Shown in pieces: positions 57,162 through 64,000 of a stretch of 64,000 nucleotides of DNA. Within the stretch, counting starts at the first letter, position 1. Each line of letters begins with the position of its first letter. Source of the DNA: a virus. The DNA lies in the IMG/VR virus record IMGVR_UViG_3300045988_182866, one strand, 5' to 3'. The translations under genes and the position numbers were made by a program. Under the pieces are notes generated by a model that was given only the letters and a program-made list of their open reading frames with translations, ran no database searches and was not told where the DNA came from.

Positions 57162-57566
57162 TTATTTGACAATACTCAAGGACATTTCTTCCTTTGAGTC
57201 TTCTTCGGTCAGGTTGAAAGTAACCTTCCTTTCTCCATGAGAACCGCAGTCGAAGACCATGAGGGTATTGGCTTCAGTGAAAGAGATAGATCCTTCAAAT
57301 CCCTTAAACAGATTAGTAAGAAACGGTTTAACCAGTTCAAGATACTTCTGAGAGATTTTCTTAATTTCTTCTTCTCCTTTCTCAACCTCATTTCTTTCAA
57401 AATGCAAAGTGATCTTATCTTTATTCTTGGACTTGGTTGACTGAAGGCCTTGATAACCCGATTTAGCTACTGGAATGATAAGGATGACTTCCTGCCCATT
57501 CAGGTTTGCTTTAACTTCGGTATTCTTAGTTTCAACAGTCGTTTCTTGATTTTTAGCTTTGCTCAT
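57162..57566 (-). CDS. Hypothetical protein P1 (134 aa); paralog of 58965-59351 on the opposite strand.
   Basis: Shared blocks IIPVAKSGYQGLQS / IIPVDKSGYQSLQS, KYLELVKP / KYEELVKP, and TEANTLM. Confidence 0.5.
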   Translation of the reverse strand: MSKAKNQETTVETKNTEVKANLNGQEVILIIPVAKSGYQGLQSTKSKNKDKITLHFERNEVEKGEEEIKKISQKYLELVKPFLTNLFKGFEGSISFTEANTLMVFDCGSHGERKVTFNLTEEDSKEEMSLSIVK

Positions 57567-57681
57567 GTGTATTCTTATTATAAAGGAAATCTTAAACTAT
57601 TAGGGTGATTACTGATAATAAAATTTAATATACAGTATATTGTATATTGTTTCTTATTTTTTATAGAGAAAAACTATTCTT

Positions 57682-57734
57682 GAAAGTCCGTTTGCCCTAT
57701 ATCAACAAACTTGATTTAAAAAATATTGATTTGC
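57682..57734. repeat. Left copy of a roughly 52-bp perfect inverted repeat (extended imperfectly to about 90 bp).
   Basis: gaaagtccgtttgccctatatcaacaaacttgatttaaaaaatattgatttgc; its reverse complement occurs at 58378-58429. Confidence 0.8.
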
Positions 57735-57770
57735 ACTTTATTGATTTATTTTTAATAAGTTATAATAAAA

Positions 57771-57810
57771 GCACAGATTGGAGGAAGTTTTATTTTCCTC
57801 CAATCTGTGC
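57771..57810. terminator. Bidirectional terminator hairpin.
   Basis: gcacagattggagga/tcctccaatctgtgc stem flanked by an A-run and a T-run. It lies just downstream of the 57838-58233 minus-strand ORF. Confidence 0.5.
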
Positions 57811-57837
57811 TTTTATCTTAGTATACTGTATATTGTA

Positions 57838-58233
57838 TTACAATCTGCTGACTGTATATATAATCGGTTCAAACCTTCTGACTTGTTCAATTGAATTATA
57901 AACATAAATTAAATGTTCAGAAACAAGTTTATTCCTCATAATATAATCTATAAATGATTTGCAGATATCTGTTCTGAAAGAAAACAATGATTTATATTGT
58001 CTTTTGCCTATGCTTATTTTTCTTGAATAAAAAGGATTTTGAATATAAATCGCAAGTTCAGCCTTACTTGCGATATAGCTTAAGCCAGGACCTGATACCT
58101 TATCAATATTTTCTATCATTCTACAAATATCAATAAACAGTTCCTTTAATTCACCATTAAAAAATGAATCAGTTATTTTAATAATATATTGACTTTGGCC
58201 TAATTGCATTTTCAGTTGGTAACTGTTATTCAT
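57838..58233 (-). CDS. Hypothetical protein X (131 aa), the only ORF enclosed by the inverted repeats.
   Basis: ORF with no HuH or recombinase motif that I can see. Confidence 0.4.
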   Translation of the reverse strand: MNNSYQLKMQLGQSQYIIKITDSFFNGELKELFIDICRMIENIDKVSGPGLSYIASKAELAIYIQNPFYSRKISIGKRQYKSLFSFRTDICKSFIDYIMRNKLVSEHLIYVYNSIEQVRRFEPIIYTVSRL

Positions 58234-58377
58234 ACTTTTATAATATATTATATCTTGATCCTATCAGGTGAATATACCGTTTGAGGTACTTTTTACAATA
58301 TAAAGAAATTAACTGCTTAAAAAATAGCCTAAAATATGATGGTCTTATATAACTTATTGATTTTAAGTCAATAAAGC

Positions 58378-58429
58378 GCAAATCAATATTTTTTAAATCA
58401 AGTTTGTTGATATAGGGCAAACGGACTTT
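58378..58429. repeat. Right copy of the inverted repeat.
   Basis: Reverse complement of 57683-57734. The ORF-track peptides LPYINKLDLKNIDL appear on both strands as artefacts of this repeat. Confidence 0.8.
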
Positions 58430-58964
58430 TCAGATAAAAATCAAACTGAATTGTCTTCTTCTTAATGAATCAAAACTATACCATAATTGGTGCAATCAAT
58501 ATTATTTTTTAGTATAAACGATAATTAAAACTGAATTACTGTAAAAATTGTTCTTATATAATGAGAACAATACGGTATTATACAATTTTAATTATATGGT
58601 AAGCCTTAGCAAATACAGGTGATTATTCAAAGGTGGTAAACTTAGGGAAAATTAAATATAATACCTTGATAATCAATGGTGCTTCATCTCGGGTGAATTA
58701 TATTCTGAACCTTAATAGCTATAGGTGATTGGTCGATTATAATAAAAATGCACCTCCAAAGGTTATGTAAAATATTATTATAAAAGTGTACCTGATAACA
58801 ATCAATGTTAAAAGGAACAATATGATAAGTCAATAATATAATAAAAGATGAAACATTTTTTATATCAGCAATTAAGGTTAGCACCTGATGAAAATGTGGA
58901 TTCAGTTATTATAAAAGTGTTGGCAATCAACAAATAAAACACAAACCACAAATAATATAATAAT

Positions 58965-59351
58965 ATGAAAGCAGCGGCAGATAAGAAGAATACTGAAGTT
59001 AAAGTCAGCATCAACAACGGCAATCCGTTTGTAATCATCATCCCTGTAGACAAGTCCGGTTATCAATCGCTTCAATCGGTTAAGACTAAGCAGTCTCCGG
59101 CAATTGAACTGGCTTGTGTCAAGGGTGAAATGGACAAGGTTGAAGAACTCATCGGGAAGATTACATCTAAGTATGAAGAACTTGTGAAACCTGCTCTGCA
59201 GGAGGCATTTGGAGATATTCCCCTCAGGTATACTGAAGCTAATACGTTGATGACCTTCCAGAAGGGAGAAGAAGTATATCAAGCTTACTTTGAACTGAAT
59301 ATGGAAGAACGTCCGGCCGGTGAGGAACTGGTTGTAACTAAGAAGAAGTAA
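58965..59351 (+). CDS. Hypothetical protein P2 (128 aa); paralog of 57162-57566.
   Basis: See P1. It has its own terminator at 59378-59418. Confidence 0.5.
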   Translation: MKAAADKKNTEVKVSINNGNPFVIIIPVDKSGYQSLQSVKTKQSPAIELACVKGEMDKVEELIGKITSKYEELVKPALQEAFGDIPLRYTEANTLMTFQKGEEVYQAYFELNMEERPAGEELVVTKKK

Positions 59352-59377
59352 ATCAAATCAGATAAATTATAACGGAA

Positions 59378-59418
59378 ACCCCTCCGACTGAGCTGAATCA
59401 GTCGGAGGGGTTTTTTAT
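59378..59418 (+). terminator. Rho-independent terminator.
   Basis: aacccctccgactga/tcagtcggaggggtt stem followed by a T-run. Confidence 0.6.
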
Positions 59419-60032
59419 TTGCTTTAATATGATGGAATTTGATCGGAAATGTATTGAATTATAATAAGTTGAAACAAAATTCGATCATTCCATCGATGTA
59501 TGGAGAGGATGTCATTTGACCGGACTTTCTCTGATTAAATTGAATTTTCTCTTATTTGACTGGAATGAATGTAATATGGATGCAGCTTTCTCTGAACCAG
59601 AACGAATATAATCTAGCCTGGGATAATATATTCCTATATAAAACAGAACTTGATTGCTTAATCATCCGTTAGTTCGAATTTGGCGGAAATAAAATAATAA
59701 TATGACTTAAGCGGATTATTTTACATATAATCTGAATCTTCATCATCTCCTTCACCTGTTTCGCATCATCCGGAAACATCGACGATCTTTTATATACTCC
59801 TTATATTTGAAAGCAATACATTACATAAGGAAGGACTTCCGGAAACAATAACGATACCTTAAAACACATTTTTTATTATAAAAATCATCATTTTATTATT
59901 TGACAACTTATTATACTCTTATAGAATCTGCCAAATTCCTGAAGTCTTTATCACGGACATCCGCTTTATACCACTTTTTCTTACTTTTTATTTCACAATA
60001 CGTTATACATTTCCACTCATAAATGTAAAAAA

Positions 60033-60072
60033 ATCCCGGCTTAAATTAATTTAAGCCGGGATTTTTTCAAAT
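60033..60072 (-). terminator. Rho-independent terminator (perfect palindrome) downstream of the 60106-60729 gene.
   Basis: aaaatcccggcttaaatt/aatttaagccgggatttt. Confidence 0.55.
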
Positions 60073-60105
60073 ATTAATGATTTAATTCAATCGGTTTATA
60101 TACAA

Positions 60106-60729
60106 TTAACTGTCTTTTGCATATTTCGTACAATACTCGTTAATTTCTCGTTTAAGTTTCGCGATTTGTTTCAGATTATTTTTAAAATCAACCACCTCTA
60201 CTTCATTCCAATACTCGTCGCTTCTGAACGGAATGGAACTACCTTCGGATTTGAATAAAATTTCATCATCGTCATATATAAGCATATAGCATTTTTCATC
60301 CTTAATACTATTCCAACATATTCCGTTCCAATTCGGATGATGACTTATTCTTACACTATCCATAATACTTTTATCCAAGCTGCTAATAAATTTTTCAACC
60401 TCAGGCCAAAGATTAACGGTTAAAAGAAGCTTTTTTTCGATAAAAATATAATATTTTGTATTATAATTAAGAATATTCTGAATATATCCAAGACATTTGT
60501 CGTTTTCATTTATTATAATCCATTGTTCATCCGGTTTAATATTCCTGAACATTGTTTCATCAAAATAAAGACTTGTCCGTCCGCAAATATTATTCAGATA
60601 AAAACGCAAATATTTTTCTTTAATTTTATCGAGTAAAATACCATTTACTTTGATATGTTTTCTTTCTCCTTTATTCAAAAAGTTATATAATTTGAAAGCA
60701 TTTTCAGAAGAAGCACTAAGTTCAATCAT
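60106..60729 (-). CDS. Hypothetical protein, 207 aa.
   Basis: ORF only. Confidence 0.4.
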   Translation of the reverse strand: MIELSASSENAFKLYNFLNKGERKHIKVNGILLDKIKEKYLRFYLNNICGRTSLYFDETMFRNIKPDEQWIIINENDKCLGYIQNILNYNTKYYIFIEKKLLLTVNLWPEVEKFISSLDKSIMDSVRISHHPNWNGICWNSIKDEKCYMLIYDDDEILFKSEGSSIPFRSDEYWNEVEVVDFKNNLKQIAKLKREINEYCTKYAKDS

Positions 60730-60768
60730 ACTTTTATTATATCTTAATCCTCAATGTTTTGCGGTGCT

Positions 60769-61029
60769 TTAGCAATACTTTTGGATTTCTTTGTTGAAGC
60801 TTCCTACGAACTTGTTTCCGTTCAGGTCCCAGAGACTTATGTTGTCTCTCCCTCGAAAATCGGAAAGGATCTCTTTCAATTTGGCGGAACTGAACACCGA
60901 CGTTTCAAGCTTGCCGTTTTCGTCTTTGTACTGGATAAACCACCAGGGCTTGCCCTCCAGGAAAATATTTGCAGGAATCTTGCCGGTCAAGAAATAAACG
61001 TCAATATGACCAAGCGATTCCCTGCACAA
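60769..61029 (-). CDS. Hypothetical protein (86 aa, TTG start). It may be the frameshifted continuation of 61035-61367.
   Basis: Starts 6 nt after the upstream gene's stop, in a different frame. It is more protein-like than the overlapping plus-strand ORF 60754-61134. Confidence 0.3.
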   Translation of the reverse strand: MCRESLGHIDVYFLTGKIPANIFLEGKPWWFIQYKDENGKLETSVFSSAKLKEILSDFRGRDNISLWDLNGNKFVGSFNKEIQKYC

Positions 61030-61034
61030 ATTAC

Positions 61035-61367
61035 TCAGGAAGATTTGGAGTCCGCAATAAGATTTGAAAGAAGCGAGCTTAAGCTGCTTATACCAGACCT
61101 CGAAAGGAAAGTCGGCTTGCTGTTGTCCAAATAAGCCAGGACGCGATCATTTGCATCCTGAAGTACTCCGGTATTGGAAAGGATGAACTCCCGGTTAACG
61201 TTTTCAACTGAAAACATTCCGTCCTTGTTGGAAAATACCGGAGTATTCCAAAGGTAACTTAGCACCGGTTTTTCGTCTACCACGGCTTGTTTCAGAATAT
61301 CCTGGGGCAGGCTTTTGGTGATTTGCCGGATTTGAGAGATATTATTGACTTTTATTAAAAGGTCCAT
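61035..61367 (-). CDS. Hypothetical protein, 110 aa.
   Basis: ORF in the block with elevated GC. Confidence 0.35.
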   Translation of the reverse strand: MDLLIKVNNISQIRQITKSLPQDILKQAVVDEKPVLSYLWNTPVFSNKDGMFSVENVNREFILSNTGVLQDANDRVLAYLDNSKPTFLSRSGISSLSSLLSNLIADSKSS

Positions 61368-61392
61368 GATTTTATTATATTAGCAAAGAATT

Positions 61393-62001
61393 TTACAGAA
61401 GCTTGGAAACCAGGTCCGGAGAAAAACAGCCGATGAAAATTCCTTTCTGAATATCCCAGATCTTGACCGATTCGCCCAGCTTGATATTGCTCAGTATATC
61501 ACGGAAAGAATCGTCTTCATCTCCCGCCAGCATCGGTTCATTTTCAGTCAAAGAATTTTTCCTTTCAATATAGTACCGCCACTTTTTTTCCAAAACATAA
61601 ATGGCCTTGATAGTAAGTTCACCGCAAACAACCTTAAGCCTTTTCTTTACGTTATCTTCGAAAATCGACAAAGCATCGGCAAGCTCTTGGTAAGTCCAAA
61701 CACTAAAAAGCATTGTCTTATTAAGATAAACCTCAAATCCGGGGCTCCCGGAATGATTAGCACAATGACCAATTACCTTATCACAAGAATCGACAATATC
61801 CGTTTCTTTCAACTTAAGCAAATCCTCAAACGTCAGAATATATTGATATTTACTTGGCTTTCTGTTTGTCAGCTTATTGCGAAGAAACACCCTCGAATTA
61901 GAATTAGGCAATTTTAAGCACGGAGGCAATAAAATATTATCAGACTGGTTCTGAATCAATTCATTGAACAGTACGAAAATCTTTTTAACTTCTGGATTCA
62001 T
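61393..62001 (-). CDS. Hypothetical protein, 202 aa.
   Basis: ORF only. Confidence 0.4.
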   Translation of the reverse strand: MNPEVKKIFVLFNELIQNQSDNILLPPCLKLPNSNSRVFLRNKLTNRKPSKYQYILTFEDLLKLKETDIVDSCDKVIGHCANHSGSPGFEVYLNKTMLFSVWTYQELADALSIFEDNVKKRLKVVCGELTIKAIYVLEKKWRYYIERKNSLTENEPMLAGDEDDSFRDILSNIKLGESVKIWDIQKGIFIGCFSPDLVSKLL

Positions 62002-62007
62002 ATATTT

Positions 62008-62775
62008 TTATGTTTTTATAATGCTTTTTCCCTTATTATTCTCTGGTGCTTTTTCCGGAACAAACTCATTGACAAATTTTAATTTTACCGGACTCACTAT
62101 ATATTTTTCTTTATAGCCCAAGAAAGACCCCTTTTTCCAGTCTTCAACAAAGCGAACGTTAAACGGCTTTAACGGCCTCCAGATGTGCTTAACATCATAA
62201 CTGTTTCGTCCGGATTGCCTGGTGTACTCTTTCATTAGAAAATCCCAGAAATAAAACCTCCTTTGCATAGCGTAACTATCCCAAACTTTATCATCTTGCC
62301 TCCGAGGGTCATAGTAAAGGTACTTCAAAAAGAAGTTATGGCAAAACTCTTCATATTCGTCAAGAAGCTCTTTATCTTCGAGCACGCTATAAACAGAATG
62401 CCTGAAATGCCATTTCTCCTTTAAGTCCGGGCGAAGAAACAAAATCGGAGAATGCTCTTCCCTTGTATTAAAGAAATATAATTCATCCGTATGTTTAATA
62501 AGCTTGAGCGGATCATATTCCGTCCTGAACTTTCCCCATTCTTCCTCGAATTCTTCCCAAGGATTCCCGTTGAGAACCTGAGTACAATGATAATGCCCGA
62601 TGTTTACTCCGTATTTTGGATTATGAAAAGTACTGCCCGCATCCCAGAAATTGCCTTTCAATGGATATGACCAATAGTCTTCATAACTTGACATATCCCA
62701 GGTATATTTCCGTATAGAACAATACGGAATTGTCAAAAACCTGAACAAGCAGTCATTTGTAGGCCTCCAGAGCAT
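62008..62775 (-). CDS. Hypothetical protein (255 aa), rich in Trp/Tyr/Phe and acidic residues.
   Basis: ORF only. Confidence 0.4.
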   Translation of the reverse strand: MLWRPTNDCLFRFLTIPYCSIRKYTWDMSSYEDYWSYPLKGNFWDAGSTFHNPKYGVNIGHYHCTQVLNGNPWEEFEEEWGKFRTEYDPLKLIKHTDELYFFNTREEHSPILFLRPDLKEKWHFRHSVYSVLEDKELLDEYEEFCHNFFLKYLYYDPRRQDDKVWDSYAMQRRFYFWDFLMKEYTRQSGRNSYDVKHIWRPLKPFNVRFVEDWKKGSFLGYKEKYIVSPVKLKFVNEFVPEKAPENNKGKSIIKT

Positions 62776-62777
62776 AA

Positions 62778-63098
62778 TCAGAGAATAGTTGTATAAAGAT
62801 TCTCAAAAGGTTCTAATTCAATATTCGCCTCATCAGAAATGACCCAGTCTTCATCTGCAATAGAACTAATTTCAAGATGCTTAAAAAGCTCTTCAGGCGA
62901 AGAAAACATGCAATAACAGACTGCACTTAATTTTAATGTTCTGAAAGGTCGAGTAACGCACTTGAAAGGTTCAATTTTCAGTTCTCGAAGAAGAATGTAT
63001 CCGTCTTTTCTTTGAAGAGAATAATGAAGATCTCCAACTCGTGTATAACGAACTTTGTTATCTTCACAAATCGTTTCAATTAGATTATTCTTATACTT
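62778..63098 (-). pseudogene. Open reading frame of 106 codons with no usable start codon. It is either a gene remnant or a gene with a non-canonical start.
   Basis: Stop-free frame ...KYKNNLIETICEDNKVRYTRVGDLHYSLQRKDGYILLRELKIEPFKCVTRPF...ENLYTTIL*. The only in-frame ATG is 43 codons from the end, which is why the ORF track did not call it. Confidence 0.25.
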
Positions 63099-63122
63099 TT
63101 ATCATATTCTTTTCCTTAAACT

Positions 63123-63413
63123 TTACAGGTAATCGGTCACAAATCTTCCATTATCGAGCCTGAGAACACTATACCCGGCATTTTCAAGGTCTTCAAGAGA
63201 TTTGAATTCATCGACATTTAAGTCTTTGATAGAATCATATTCATTCCATTGAAAAAATACGTCATCCCGGGTTACGCAAAGATTGCCTTCTTGCGTTTCA
63301 GCCAATTCCTCAAAGAAATTATACAAAGCGTTAATAGCTTCCCATGAATAATCATCGGTAATTTTCAGAAATCTTCCGAATTCATCCGCGCAAGTAATAT
63401 CAGTAGTCAACAT
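63123..63413 (-). CDS. Hypothetical acidic protein, 96 aa.
   Basis: ORF only. Confidence 0.35.
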   Translation of the reverse strand: MLTTDITCADEFGRFLKITDDYSWEAINALYNFFEELAETQEGNLCVTRDDVFFQWNEYDSIKDLNVDEFKSLEDLENAGYSVLRLDNGRFVTDYL

Positions 63414-63445
63414 AAGCCGTTAAGGAAAATATATTTTTATTATCT

Positions 63446-63652
63446 TTATAATCTTATTATTTGATGGTATTTTGTGCTTTTCAATATTTTTCCTGAAAAG
63501 ACGTCAACATATTGATTATCTTCTATTCGAATAAAAAGATCATCAGATTGATTTTCACTCAAATACTGCTTAATTTCATCAATATTTGATGTTTGAAACA
63601 ATATTTGATTTAACTCAGGAGATTTCTTTATGAAAATTGTAGCATTCATCAA
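63446..63652 (-). CDS. Hypothetical protein, 68 aa.
   Basis: ORF only. Confidence 0.3.
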   Translation of the reverse strand: MMNATIFIKKSPELNQILFQTSNIDEIKQYLSENQSDDLFIRIEDNQYVDVFSGKILKSTKYHQIIRL

Positions 63653-63953
63653 GCTTTAATATGTCCTTAATTGTTTTCTTTTGGCGTTTAATAATAGTTT
63701 GAACCTTTTTATAGAGTTTTCGAGCATGTGTCAAGTAGGTATATTGAATCCAAAAGAAATCTCCTTGATAATGTCCGGCAATCGAATAAAGATCTATTTC
63801 AGGATTCTGACACCAAAGAGAAACATAGTTGTCTTCATTCAACATAAAAGTTTCAGTTGCTCCTAAAAGGAGTTGTTCTTTAGTCAATCTTTCTTTATGA
63901 TTGATAGTACCAATGAGAATTTCTTCTCCTTCGAGAATTACTTTGTCAATCAT
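63615..63953 (-). CDS. Hypothetical protein, 112 aa.
   Basis: ORF only. Confidence 0.35.
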   Translation of the reverse strand: MIDKVILEGEEILIGTINHKERLTKEQLLLGATETFMLNEDNYVSLWCQNPEIDLYSIAGHYQGDFFWIQYTYLTHARKLYKKVQTIIKRQKKTIKDILKLDECYNFHKEIS

Positions 63954-64000
63954 GATTAAATTCCTTTAAAGAGTTCAAAACGCTTGATATGGCAAATTTC

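Noticed and set aside
57838-58233. IS200/IS605-like TnpA transposase within the inverted-repeat-flanked segment.
   Set aside because: The size is right, at 131 aa, but no HuH (HxH) motif or catalytic Tyr context is visible. IS200-type elements have subterminal hairpins, not long terminal inverted repeats.
57647-58420. ORF-track peptides 57647-57901 (+) and 58238-58420 (-), which share ...LPYINKLDLKNIDL...
   Set aside because: They are translation artefacts of the same 52-bp inverted repeat read on both strands, not real paralogous genes.
56071-60105. tRNA genes or a CRISPR array in the ORF-poor region.
   Set aside because: Scanning by eye found no cloverleaf-compatible segment with a GTTCRANYC T-loop and matching acceptor stem. 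No regularly spaced direct repeats were seen anywhere in the window. The repeats present are inverted or dispersed short motifs.
60754-61134. Plus-strand ORF 60754-61134.
   Set aside because: It lies antisense to two minus-strand ORFs in a block where all the other genes are on the minus strand, and its translation (MFCGALAILLDFFVEASYELVSVQ...) looks like an antisense artefact.

Overview
The window is an AT-rich (about 30% GC) stretch of a T4-like myovirus genome. Several structural genes have recognisable T4 counterparts: a gp15-like tail completion protein (9474-10583), the portal (gp20-like, 10699-12507), a gp13-like neck protein (16535-17677), and a contiguous head module made of the gp21-like prohead protease (29446-30159), a small core protein, a scaffold and the major capsid protein (gp23-like, 31380-33290). 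Further along are two tail-fiber proteins and a baseplate spike module consisting of a gp5-like OB-fold protein followed by a cell-wall amidase with a beta-helix tail. A 'taaata' late-promoter-like motif and many rho-independent terminators mark these genes.

In T4 the portal and the prohead protease are separated by only two small genes. Here about 17 kb of accessory DNA sits between them. It contains, in order:
- a minus-strand block encoding a VapD/Cas2-like nuclease and three leucine-rich-repeat proteins;
- a homing-endonuclease-like gene with zinc-ribbon repeats;
- a calcineurin-like phosphatase;
- a sulfate-activation and transfer cluster made up of a fused CysN-like GTPase/CysD ATP sulfurylase, the CysC APS kinase, a carbohydrate-type sulfotransferase and a GT-A glycosyltransferase, immediately upstream of a 795-aa tail fiber. 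I rate this cluster the most novel feature in the window: it looks like a phage-encoded pathway that makes PAPS and sulfates a carbohydrate.

Other notable items:
- An anaerobic ribonucleotide reductase gene nrdD is interrupted by a 316-aa LAGLIDADG intein. Its glycyl-radical C-terminus is encoded by a separate 55-aa ORF that the ORF track did not list. The activase gene nrdG follows.
- A second tail-fiber gene carries a roughly 280-bp in-frame patch at about 55% GC.
- There is a tandem, partly truncated family of homing-endonuclease-like genes.
- A phage-encoded outer-membrane beta-barrel protein lies in a T4-like early region of small same-strand ORFs.
- A non-coding-rich region holds a roughly 52-bp perfect inverted repeat (about 90 bp with imperfect flanks) around a single ORF, with divergently oriented paralogous genes on either side, plus two tandem small ORFs that share a duplicated leader.
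- The last 3.3 kb is a minus-strand block with higher GC.

The window starts inside a C5-cytosine methyltransferase gene. No tRNA, rRNA or CRISPR array was found.
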